This document shows positions 52,046-64,000 of a stretch of 64,000 nt of DNA, piece by piece; position 1 is the first letter of the stretch, and the number at the start of each line of letters is the position of its first letter. The DNA comes from Anaeramoeba ignava BMAN (taxonomy: Eukaryota; Protista; Anaeramoebae). The position numbers and the translations under genes are program-made. A model generated the notes under the pieces. The model did not search any database and was not told the DNA's origin. It saw nothing but the letters and a program-made list of their open reading frames with translations. The stretch lies in assembly GCA_028826165.1 (NCBI GenBank), contig JAPDFW010000078.1, forward strand, positions 62,001 through 126,000, read 5' to 3'.

Positions 52046-52212
52046 AATTAAAATTAAAATTCATTTATAAAATTAAAATTAAAATTAAAATTCATTTATA
52101 AAATTAAAATTAAAATTAAAATTCATTTATAAAATTAAAATTAAAAAATGATTTGATTTATTATTTTTGTTGTTAATTAAAATTAATATATTTTTTTTTT
52201 GATTCTCTTTTA

Positions 52213-55200
52213 TCACATCCGAATAATATTCCCTTTTTTCCATTCATTTAATTTTTCCAATAATTTCTTTGCTTCTTTAATTGGAATTCTTTGAATAAAA
52301 TCTAATTGAGCAATTTCAAAAATATCAAGAATTTGTTCAGGATTATCAATAGAATAATTGATTTCAAGCAAATTAAAAAAAAGAAGACGAATTTTCAAAA
52401 CTGGAGAAGAACAAACAAAAACAGCGCATAAAAGCCACAATTTCTTAGTGAAATTTTTCTTAGCCAAAGTTGGATCGATCAACTGCAAAACTAAATGGGA
52501 TATTTTTTCATGGATTTTCGGTTGAAATTCTTGTTTTTGATTAAATATATAATTTGCCAAACTAAATAAAACTCTTGAAATTAAAACAGGATATTCTGTT
52601 TTTGGATCAATCATCTGATTGACAACTAAGGAGACAAAAGAATCGCAAGAAATCACTTCATCCACAAACTTGGGGAGGATTTTCGCGATGATTTCGCCTT
52701 CAAAACTGTGTGCCTTGCTGATTTTTTCCAGCATGGAATTCATAATATATGAAATTGTCTTGTTTTCTTGCTTGTCCTCCTTATTTTCAGTATACAATAT
52801 TGTCAATAAAAACCTCAAAAACACAAGCGAGTATTTTGGATCGTTTTCGTATCCTCTTTTGAAAATAAGAGATGTGACTGATTTGCGGTTTGCATGCGAG
52901 AGCCGATAGGAAACAAGCAAATTTTCAAATCCTCTAAAAATACAATGAAACTCCTCAAAATTAATATGCTTGTTTTCCAGCGCCTCGATGCACGAAGCAA
53001 TCAGTTTGTTTGTAAAACCTGTTTCTTCTGCTTGCTGCTGGAAAGTCTCCACAAGCAAAAAAGATATTGAAAGTAAATACAGCTGAATTTTTGTGTTTTG
53101 ATTTTCTTTGAGATTTTGGATCAAAAATTCAAACAAAAAATTCGCCAATCCAAAAGTGACAAAAACGGATTTGACCTCAATTAGATAAAGCAATCCTTGC
53201 AATGCGGCGAGCTTGATCGGATCGTGGTAGCTTTTGATCGATTCTGTTAAGAAACTGAAGAAATCGATGTCAAGAATTGAATATAAATCGGGTTGTCGAT
53301 AAAGAACAGAAATTGTTTTGCAGATCCCAATGATTAATAGGGGTCTCATCACATAGTCATCCTCGCTGGTTCCGACCAGAACATTCATCAGAATCGGGAT
53401 CAATCTCCCGAATTCTTCAAAATTAAAAAGATCGCTGATAAGAAGTATTGAGTGGAAAGACTCCCGAATTATTGCTGGTGTTGAAAATCCTATTTCTTGA
53501 CTTATAAATGTTTCAAGCAATCCAAAAAAACTGTCAATATATTTTCGCACTTCGAGATCTTGGAATTTCAATTGCTTCCTTGATCGATATATTATTGTTT
53601 TGACTCGTATTTGGTAATTTTCCAATTTGGTTCGTTCTTGTCCAAAAGGTCTTTCCAAATTTATATAAAAGGGTGATTTCAACATTTTTTGCAGTCTATT
53701 AAATATTGTTTGTGTGTTTTTTTTTTAAACAAAATAAAAAGTAAAAATGATAAATAAATTTTATGCAAATTTACCGAGTTTTGGATTTATTCTCATTTGT
53801 TGAATCTGCTTGATTTTCAACATTTTCATTTATTGTCGGTTCGCTTCTTTTCTCAAAATGGAAGAAAAACAACTCGTTTCGGTTAAAATAATCATGGATA
53901 TAATTTTTCTTTCTAAAAACGGAATAATATTGATGATAAAACATGGGCAAGAAGGGCTGGCACAATTCAAACAGGCCTTGATCAATAATATAATGCAAAA
54001 ATGATAGTTCTTGACCTGGTTTTGTTTGGAGGAAATCAAACCGCTGTTTTCTTGGTGCATAAAACCACAAAGACCGCGCATCGCCAACATCCTCTTTCAT
54101 AAAAAGAAGAATCAAAGATGACAAAGCTTGAATTAGTAAAATGACAATTTTCTCATAATTTTCCAAAAATTGGATCTGTTGCGAAAATGAGTTGATCTCG
54201 ATCAATTTGTATATGTTTTCCCAAATCATAATAAACTCGTTTTCTGTTTTAAATCCAACGTTATTGATGAGCTTGATAATATACTCAATTGTCTTAACGG
54301 GATCTTCTAATTCCAGCAACGGCGACTCTTTCAATGTGATGTCTTCAATTTCGCTGATAAACAAATGATGGAACAAATGCTTGATATTCAAAACAAGCGG
54401 TATATTTGTTCGCAGAACTGAAACAATTATTTTTTTCATTAAATATGGAACAGTTTCGTTGCGGCTTTTTTTGGAATAAGCCGAAAACATTTTCTGCTGC
54501 ATTTCTTGGTTGTTTTGATTTCCAATAATCTTCATCAAAAAATACTCCAGACTTTGCTGATAAATATCATCAAGATCACCGTTTTCTTCTTCAATCTCCT
54601 TTTTTTCTTCATGCGCAATGTAATATTCTTCAAATTTCAAAAGCGCAAAATTACTCTGTTCGTGGTAAATTTGGTGGTTCAGTTTCGAAAGCAGAATGAT
54701 AAGGAGTTTGATCATGAAATTTGGATCTGTATTTTTTTGCAGAACCACATTCGCAATTTCAAGGAAGATTTCTTTGAATTGAGGATAAATCTTGGAGTTG
54801 ATTTTGTAATTTTTGATCAAATGAACACACATGTTGATGCAAAGAAGCACCAAATTATCTTCCTTGAAAAGATCGATATGTGCGCAATCAGGACTAGTGA
54901 AATCGTTTTGGATGATAAACAGCTTCAACGACTCAAGAAAAGGGTGCAAAACCTTCCATTCATAAAATCCCATTGCTCCGAATTTTTCCTTCGGATTTTC
55001 CACCAACTGAAAAATATACTCATCCGCAATTTCGATAATTGTTTTTGCGATGTTTATATTTTTGGTGACTGTTATTATTGTTGGGAATGCCGATATTAGT
55101 TTTGCTTGTTGTTCGCTTTCGGAAACCTTCAGAATTTCCCTAATTTCGTTTGGATTAATTTCGTGATTGTATATATATTGAATTATTGGCTTGTTTAATT

Positions 55201-58200
55201 TTTGGATTATTGGTTCTTTTTTTTGCAATAATTTATCAAAATAAAAACTAGTATCAATATGAATAAATTTATCGGAATTGTTGTTGTTGTTGTTAAAAAC
55301 TATATTGAGTTTGCAAAAACGTTTTGATTTGATAATTTTGTCGTAATTGGATATTAATTCCTTTTCTGGATTTAAGTTCGAAATGCGGGATTTATTGCTA
55401 GTCTTGTCTTTTTGGAGATTTTTGATTTGCTGAGAAATCGATTCTTTGATTGAAATGAATTTTATTTTCTGATTCAGATGCACAACAATATCATATTTTT
55501 GCGGAAAATCATTTGGAAAAGCAGAAATCAACTTGAAAATCCTGCGAGAAAACTGATAAGTAAACAACGACGGGTCTTGATTCAAGCAGAAATCAGCAAA
55601 ATATTTAAGAACATCACGATATGTTTCCTGCGAAAAAATTTTGGTAATAAACGCCCAAACAAACTGCAGGTCGAGATTGTTGATCACCTGTTTGATAAAC
55701 GCCTCATTTTTCATCAATTCAAGAAATGTTTCTTTTTCTTGGTAAAATTGTGTATTCACTTGGCTGATTTCTTTCTCCACAATTTCGCACGAATATCGGC
55801 AAATAAAAATGAAGGGGAGTTTTGATAATTCTTGTGCGTCTTCAAGATATGTGCGTTTCCAAATCCAAGACCACCATTGGATACTATTTTTTTCGGAAAG
55901 CATGTAGGAAATTTCGAGAAGTTGCGAGCAGATGATTTTTTGGCAATTTGTCCAGATATTTCCTTCTTTGATATCACTCACAAAATTTTCTGTAATATTC
56001 GCAATTTCCTGCTTCAAATTCTGTGTGATTTCAAAATGGCTCTTGTTTTTAAGAAGAAAATCAAGGACAAGTTTATTGGCCTCGATGAGATAGCTTGTTA
56101 TTTTTGATGATGGCTGAGATTTTTGGTGTTTGTAAAAGGAAAAGAAGAGTGAAGAAAGATGTGTGATGAATTGTTCAGGTGTTTTCTTGATTTTTTGGAG
56201 ACGGAAAAGAAGAAATTCCCACTTCAAAAACGAAATTTGGTTCAAAACAAGAATAAACACGGGAATCAAAGAATCTGGGGAATTAGAATCCATATCAAAA
56301 ACAATCTCAAAAAGGTTTTGAGGTGTGATAAATTGCGGGAACAATAGAACCAGTAGTTTCTTAATCTCCACCAGCTTTTTATGCACTTTAAATCGCATTC
56401 GTTCCAAATAATCCAAAACTTCCTTATTGTTTGTTCTTGTTTGTTCTTTGTGATTTCCATTGCTATTTGGATCCAGAAATGTCTTGATGATAGAAGCAAC
56501 TTTCTCGCCGTAAAAAGAAAGGTTCGGTTTGGTTTGAAATGCAAGAATGAAAAAATCGAGGAAATGCACGTAATATTTCGGATGGATAAACCGCAAGAAA
56601 ATACTCTCGATTTTCTTGAAAATGGATGTGTTGATATCGTTGTTAATATCAGTGTCGCTCTCGCTATCGTCATAAATATTTTTTTCATAGTAATTTTTCA
56701 CGCCTTTGCGATAAATTTTAATCAGAAGTTTTTCAACAACATCCATTTTGTTTGCTTGCTCCAAATGGTTTGATTGGTTGCAATTTATCATGTATTCAAT
56801 CATAGTGTGTATTTTTTGTTGAGTTATTTGCAGATTTTCATAGTGTTTTGTGTCTAACAAAATATAGAAAAAATACAAAATTTGGTTAATTTGCTGAGGT
56901 TCTTGGAAGTAATTATTCACCAGCACTCCATCAAAAATAAAACTGGAAAGATTTTGGTTGATTGGCTTGAAATAATTATTCTGCACCAATTTTCTCAGTA
57001 AACCAAACATTTCCTCTTGAAACTTGATATCATACGAGTTTAAAAAATGGGACTTGCAAGCCTCAATCAAATTCGACAGTAATTGGAAAAGCAAGTTTTT
57101 GATTTCGTTTTCAAACTCATAATGAGCATTTTGCGGTTTTAAAGGCGATTGATAAGCGCTTTTGTCGAATGGTTTTGGTTTTTGGGGTGTATTGTCAAGA
57201 GAATATTGAGTAATAAGTTTGGAAGGTAATAAATTTTTCAAAGGAGATTGTCTGTAATTATCGTTGGTTTTATCTCCGTTTTGCGGGTCGATATCATCGC
57301 TGTAAGTGAGGATATCAGACTCTTTTTTGATTTTAGAGCGAATTTTTCTTGGTGAATCAACCTTGATTTTCTTTTCATCTTCAACAATTTTCCAATCAAT
57401 TTGGAACATCTTAGAATTGTTTGAATAAAGAGATGCCAAAAGTAGAGACAAGCATTTACCAACACTTCGCGGATCTTCGTTCAGATGTTTGTTGAGAAGA
57501 TCAATGATAAATCCAATGGTTTTTATATCGAAACTATTTTGGAACTGGAACCCTAAGATTCGCAAGCAATATTTGCGAAACTGGAAAAAAGTATCCAATT
57601 TCAAATTGAGTTCATTTTCTCCAAAATGTCTTGCTTGGTACAGAAATTGGAAGAGATTGAGATAGAGAGGTTCTTCCAAATAGCTCAAAGCCTCTTGAAT
57701 TGAAGGCGAGAGTAAGTAATTTTGGATGAATTGAAAAAACCCTGAATATTGCTGATTTTTGTCTTTGGAATTGATCAATTTGTAAAGGATTTGGTTGTTC
57801 ACAAACTTTCCGTTGTTGCGCAAGTTGCCACGACCTGATATAAATTGTTGAGTTTTTGGGCTTTTTGTGCGCTTTCTTGGGTTTATAAACATGACTGTCC
57901 TTTTTCATTGCGAATAATTGTATCGTTGAAGACATCACTTCGTTTCTCTGTGGAGAGCGAAGTACTTCTTCTGGGATATGTTTTTTCATCACATCCGAGC
58001 AAATTTTCAAGCATTTCAACAAATGAATCATGATTTCACGCGATTTGTTGTTTTCGTTGATCTTGTTTCTGTTGTTTCTGTTGATTCTCCCACTTTTCGC
58101 GCTTTTCATTGATTTTGTTAGTTCAAGAATTTTGGAGAATGTTTTGAGAATCAATAGATCGATTGTCAAATCTTCTGTATCGTGAGTAAGTAGGAAATCG

Positions 58201-60140
58201 AGGATTATTGATTGTATTCTCTGGATAAATTTTTCGAAATGGGAATCCCCATTCAATAATTTGTTTGTTTTGGAAATTTTGATAAGCGAGTTGATGAGCC
58301 AGAGATAGCCCTTCATAACTTGTTTGCGGTTGTATCCATGAATTAGTTTTTTTGTAATTTTGATTGTCATCTCTTCCCGCTCTTTATCTTGAAGTTTGAA
58401 AAACAGGATTGAGATGTTATTTGCAGCTGCTCGAGACACTTGCTCGTTTGGATCAACAATAAGTTTGAACATGAATTTGTTAATATTCGCTGACAGCTCC
58501 TGGCTCGGAGGGAAGCGTATTGTGGATTGGTTGAGAAGGGACAAGCGCTTCTGTGTTTTTGCTGGGGATAAACGGTATTTTGTAAAAAGATTCAAAATGG
58601 AAATTTTTAAAAGATAGTAAGTGTTATTGATTTGTCCAATTTCAATCAAATGTTTGAGTAGTTTTTGCGTGAATTTTGCAATGTGATTGTTGCAAGAAAT
58701 GTACTCGATAAATTTTGTAACCGCAATACAAGCATCCTTAATAACCTGCGGGAAAGTATTCGTTGCAATTTCCCTAGAAATGATCTGGAGAAAATCATCA
58801 ACATCCTTTTTATAGCGACTATATCCCAATTTCAATAGAGAACAGGCAAGCTCGCCAACAAACAGAAGACAAGCGGAAGATAGCAACGGATCTTGCAATT
58901 CCAAATTTTGTGTGATGAACCCAAAGGGGTTTTCTTTTTTGCTCATGAAATCCAAAAATGACTTGATGTCTTGAGAAGAGTATTCATAAAAACACTTGAT
59001 CAACACAGATTTAACGGAAATGAAGATCTTCTTGTTGACAAGCATGCTGTGAAACAGCTCGACATGATGTTTCATGAATTGTGAAAGCAACGGATCTGAA
59101 GAATAAAATCTCGAGATGAGCAAATTGAGCAATTCCGCGGATTTTGTGACTAAATTAATCTCGCGGTTTTCATGATTGTCCAGAATATCAGATATTATCA
59201 AGAGTAGCTCGTCCAACGGGAATTGCAACTCCTGGAGATTCTGTGTATCGTATTTGCTGAGAAAGTAGTAGTAAAAAGTCAAAGTTGAAGAAATGAGTTC
59301 TGTATTTAAATTGATATTCATAAGAATTTTGTCGATTAAATAGTCGTTATCAGACAAATTTTCCTGGATTGCTTGTGATTGCTGAAATTTTACAAATTCA
59401 ACCTCATTTTGTGTTTTTTTTGGATCGATTTTTGGATCGCTTGAATTGGTATTCCAATTTTTTGAGTTGAAAATTCCATTGAAACAAAAATTACTAACTT
59501 GAATAAACTTTGAATGGGAACAAATTAAAGACAATCCAAAAGCACAATTCCTTGTGATAAATTGGGAGTTGTGCTTGAATTTAAAAATAAAAGCCTGAAT
59601 AAGAGGAGTCATAATTTTCAAATCAAGAATTTGACGGAAATTAATAAGAAAATTTTTAAAGGAATCTTGGGAGAAAATTTCAAAACTAGTTTCTGGTTCT
59701 TGATAAATAAACTCGACCATTCCGTCGATAAAAATGTTGATAAAATTCTTGAGTTTGATTGGGGTTATATAATGAGAAAGTAAACATAATTTTTCAAAAG
59801 CAACTTTTCTTGAATGGGATTCCATTTTCAAAAAAGAATTAAGCAATTCAGGAACAAGAATTTCCTTGCAAGAAAAAAACGCATTTTTAAGAATTCTTGT
59901 TAAACATTCAATTATTGTCATTCGAATATTTGCATCTGAATTTTCAGTGCTTTGAAGTAAAAGATTAATTGCTAAATTGATTTTTTCTTCATATTGAGGA
60001 ACTGTGTTTGAAACTATTAAATATCGATAAGTTCCCCAACATGCATCTACTATTTCTTGTGTTTGTAATTTTTTAGGTGTTTTATGTTGATGTGCTTTTA
60101 TAATTGAACGTAAAATTTCTATTGATTTATTCCAATCCAT
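52213..60140 (-). CDS. HTT: Huntingtin orthologue (~2600 aa HEAT-repeat protein; one 79-nt intron 53774-53696; one frameshift near 57900)
   Basis: N-terminal PQYEEKINLAINLLLQSTENSDANIRMTIIECLTRILK and LIQAFIFKFKHNSQFITRNCAFGLSLICSHS parallel the HTT N-HEAT as I recall it. C-terminal TPAIIRESFHSILLISDLF, EDD..L..GICK, S.H.PIKLAALQGLLYLIE, FHCIFRGFENLLVS and LLTILYT parallel the C-HEAT in the same order. Confidence 0.85.
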
Positions 60141-60449
60141 TTTAATTAAAAATAAAAAATAAAAAATGAAAAAAAAAAAGGGAAAAAATTAATTAAAATA
60201 AAAAAATTATTTTTTTTTTCTCCTTTTAAAAAAAAATAAAATAAAAATAAAAAAGCAAAAACAATTTTTTTTTCATTTTTTTTCTTATTCTTTTTATTTT
60301 ATAATCAATCCAAATTCAAATTCAAATTCAAATTCAAAATTCAAATTCAAAATCAAAATTCAAATTCAAATTCAAAATTCAAATTCAAAAATCAAAATTC
60401 AAATTCAAATCAAAATCAATTTTAATTTTAACGTTTTTTTTCTTTTTAA

Positions 60450-63400
60450 ATGTCAAATTTTTCAATTCAAACTCGTGCTCTTTTATATAGAGTTCTTTAT
60501 CATCCTAATATTAATATTCTTAAAACAAATTCAAAAGAGACATTTGATAGATCTAATCCAACCCCAATATTAACGAAATGGGCTAATTTTCAAATTCAAA
60601 AAACACAACCTAATTTTAAAGTTGAAGATTTTTCAAAAAGTTTTGAAGTATTTTTTATTAAATATAATTAAAACAAATATTAAAACAAATATTAAAATAA
60701 ATAATTAAAACAAATATTAAAATAAATAATTAAAACAAATATTAAAACAAAAATTAAAACAAAAATTAAAACAAAAATTAAAACAAAAATTAAAACAAAA
60801 ATTAAAACAAATATTAAAATAAATATTAAAATAAATATTAAAACAAATATTAAAACAAATATTAAAACAAATATTAAAACAAATATTAAAACAAATATTA
60901 AAACAAATATTAAAACAAATATTAAAACAAATATTAAAATAAATATTAAAACAAATATTAAAAACAAATATTAAAAACAAATATTAAAACAAATATTAAA
61001 AAAAATATTAAAACAAATATTCAAATATTAAAACAAAATTAAAATTATAAAATTCAATTATAAATTCAATTATAAATTCAATTATAAATTCAATTATAAA
61101 TTCAATTATAAATTCAATTATAAATTCAATTATAAATTCAATTATAAATTCAATTATAAATTCAATTATAAATTCAATTATAAATTATAAATTCAATTAT
61201 AAATTCAATTATAAATTAAATATAAATTCAATTATAAATTCAATTATCAATTCAATTTAAATTCAATTATAAATTCAATTATAAATTCAATTTCAATTAT
61301 AAATTCAATTTCAATTCAATTATAAATTCAATTATAAATTCAATTATAAATTCAATTCAATTATAAATTCAATTTCAATTATAAATTCAATTATAAATTC
61401 AATTATAAATTCAATTATAAATTAAAATTCAATTAAAATTCAAATCAAAATTTAGAATTGTGAAGCTTTTGTTTATTTAATTTCAGAAATTTCAGCTGTT
61501 GATTTAACATTTATTCTTTCAGATCCAAATATTGAATCAAGAGTAAAACAATTAATTCAAAAAATGCCTGAATTAGGTTATCAAGAATTTATTCCTTCAG
61601 AAGATGATATTTTAAATGTAAAGAAAAATTTAATTTTTAATTTTTAATTTTTAATTTTTAATATTTAATTTAATTCAAAACAAAATTTTATAGGGAAATG
61701 AAGAACAAATTGTTATATTTTTAGCAAAATTATTTATTTGGAAACCAAATCTTAAAACTGAACCAAATCAAATTATTTCAACTTTTCAAGAAAATAAAAC
61801 TGAACCAAAATCAACTATTCCTTCAAGAATTTCTCCAATTAAAACAACAGTTTCAAATACACCAACAAAAACAATTTCTCCAGTTAAAACCACAATTTCA
61901 ACTTCACCAACAAAATCAACTACTATTTCTGAAAAAAAAGAAGATGATGTAAAATTGAATTAAAAAATTGAATTAAAAAATTAAATTAAAAAATTGAATT
62001 AAAAAATTATATTGAAAAATTAAATTGAAAAATTAAATTGAAAAATTATATTGAAAAAAAATAGAAACCTGGATTTCAATATTCAAGTAGAGTTACTGAT
62101 ATTTTATCAAGAATTAGAGGAAAATCAGGAGAAGAAACAAAAGCAGCATTTTCTAAACTATTCACTAAACCACAAGAAACAAAAGTAAATTTAAGAAAAA
62201 AACAAACAAATAAAAATTCCCTTTTTTATAAATTAATATAATTATTTTTATAAATAAAAAAAAATATAAGACTGAAAACAAACCAATAGAAAAACATGAA
62301 GAACCCAAAACTGAACCAATTACAAACAAATTTACATCTCCAATTAAAACTAAAGATAATTCTGAAAATGAACAAAAAATTTTTAAACATGAATCAATTT
62401 TAAGCAAATTTAAATCTCCAATTAAAACTAAAGATAATTCTGAAAATGAACAAAAAATTGTTAAACCTGAATCAATTTTAAGCAAATTTACATCTCCAAT
62501 TAAAACTAAAGATAATTCTGAAAATGAACAAAAAATTTTTAAACATGAATCAATTTTAAACAAATTCAAATCTCCAATTAAAACTAAAGATAATTCCGCA
62601 AATGAACAAAAAATTGTTAAACCTGAACCACAAAAATATATAATCAATAAACAAACTGAAATCGAAGAACAAAAAGAAATTATCAAAGAAGATCAAAAAG
62701 TTGAATCTGATTCTCATTCTGAAAAACAAATAAGTGATAATGATGATGAAGCTGAAATTTTGGATAATGAAAATGATTTATTTCAAAAAGAAATACAAAT
62801 ACAAAATATCAAAAAGAATTACCAATCACAAAAGGATATTTCATATAATAAGCCAAATCAAGAGCAAAAGAAATTCCAACTGCCAAAAGATTCAAATTAT
62901 GGAATTTCAGATCTTAATAAAAAAAAGAATTTGGGAATAAATAACGATTTTGTTAAAAAAGACAAAAAAGAAAGTCAAGAAAATGACACTTTATCAAGAG
63001 TTCAGAAAATTGTTCAAGCTCAATTAAAAAAGGAATCCAACTTTAATATTGATGGTATTTATAACTCAACAGAAAAAATTCTGAAAATGATTCAACCGAC
63101 TCCAAATGATGAAGAATTATTTAAAAAAATTGAAGAATTTGAAAAACAAGAGGAACTAAACTCAATGAATATTAAACTTGAACCAAAAATGGATGTTTTT
63201 GATCAATTTCAATTTGAGATCCCACAAGATCTGGACCAAGAATCAATCCAAATATTGAATAGCTACTCTTATTCGTTCCAAGACTTACAAACTAAATGGG
63301 ATCCTTTTAAAAATTCTTTGAATGATATTTTTTCTAATTTCAATCTAATATTTTTAAGGAATTCTGAAAAACTTCGAGAATTATATCATAATTTACCAAC

Positions 63401-64000
63401 ATTGAAACCAAAAAAAGAAGTAAAAATACAAATTTTTCCAAATCAAACTCTAAAAAATTCAATTAAAATATTTTCAATTCTTTTCAATTCTTTTAGAAAT
63501 CTCGAGCTGAGACAAGTGAGTTCATTTTAGTTAATGGTGTTTTTAGTATTCTTAAATCTCACAAAATTTCTGATATTCCTACTCCCATAAGAAGTCAAAT
63601 CTTAAAGGAAATTATGTCAATTCCAAAGTTATTGAAAATTGAAGCATTTTTCGATGTTTATAAAAAATTGATTGATCTTCTTGAATCAAAAAATATCATC
63701 AAAAAAGAACAAGAAGATATTTCAAATGCAATAAGATCTTTATTTATAATTTATTGTTACAAGAAAATTCTTAGGAATGAAGTTATCAAAGTTGTTAACA
63801 ATTTATTTCCAAATGAAGAAATTGGTAAAAATAATTTTAATTTTAATTTTAATTTTAAATTTTAAATTTTAAATTTTAAATTTTCAGAAAGAACAAAAGA
63901 AGAAATTGAAGAGGCTTGGGATAAAATTATTAATGTAACAACAGAGAAGAGTATTTTTCAAAAAATAATTAAATTGATTTTAGAAACTACAACTTTTTCA
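60450..64000 (+). CDS. Calponin-homology (fimbrin/plastin CH2-like) domain protein with 26-aa SPIK repeats; at least 7 exons, continues past the window end
   Basis: Spliced LTKWANFQIQ..VEDFSKSFENCEAFVYLISEI..RVKQLIQ..LG..DDILNGNEEQIVIFLAKLF. Exon 1 is 60450-60647 and exon 2 starts at 61456. Later GT-AG introns join ORFs 62760 and 63614 in frame. Confidence 0.78.
60660..61450. repeat. Two abutting 12-mer microsatellites, (AAAACAAATATT)n then (ATAAATTCAATT)n, forming intron 1 of the CH gene
   Basis: Visible repeats between the GT at 60648 and the AG at 61455. Confidence 0.9.

Noticed and set aside
46440-52130. TAA read as Gln (as in hexamitid diplomonads and ciliates), suggested by AAT CAA AAT TAA runs and the tRNA-Gln genes
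   Set aside because: PSMA6, RAD6 and the cyclin end at TAA at their expected C-termini, long ORFs have no in-frame TAA/TAG, and both tRNAs have anticodon TTG, not TTA.
52213-60140. Three separate genes, or a horizontally acquired GC-rich island
   Set aside because: The pieces join through one canonical intron and one single-base shift into a collinear huntingtin. The short overlapping and antisense ORFs are by-products of higher GC.
1-64000. Inteins, transposases, reverse transcriptases or viral genes
   Set aside because: No Hint (C...HN), LAGLIDADG, DDE or RT motifs were recognised in any ORF or spliced model. A profile search would be needed to exclude divergent ones.

Overview
This is a very AT-rich, intron-containing eukaryotic window. 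The NQ microsatellite proteins, RCC1-BTB and ankyrin-BTB genes and a TCA-type initiator motif suggest an Anaeramoeba-like metamonad protist, which is an inference. Left to right it holds: two identical tRNA-Gln(TTG) genes, each at the end of a ~150-160 bp satellite array seeded with 20-nt tRNA 5' fragments, bracketing a ~37-exon Armadillo-repeat gene built almost entirely of 132-nt phase-1 exons (one repeat per exon); proteasome alpha-1 (PSMA6); a 5xSH3 protein; a ~1500-aa type I membrane protein with extracellular C2 domains; cyclin A; a giant ankyrin-BTB gene; RAD6; a small membrane protein; a minimal SLX4; a CK1/TTBK-group kinase; RABL6; four tandem RCC1-BTB paralogs; a full-length huntingtin orthologue without polyQ; and a CH-domain gene running off the window. 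The best candidate for an undescribed system is a repertoire of repeat-scaffold receptors (ARM, RCC1, ankyrin) whose variation sits on the ligand-binding faces, two of them fused to the same Cullin-3-type BTB module. Many ORFs are split by single-base homopolymer indels, most likely consensus errors. All family assignments come from motif recognition by eye, not from database searches.
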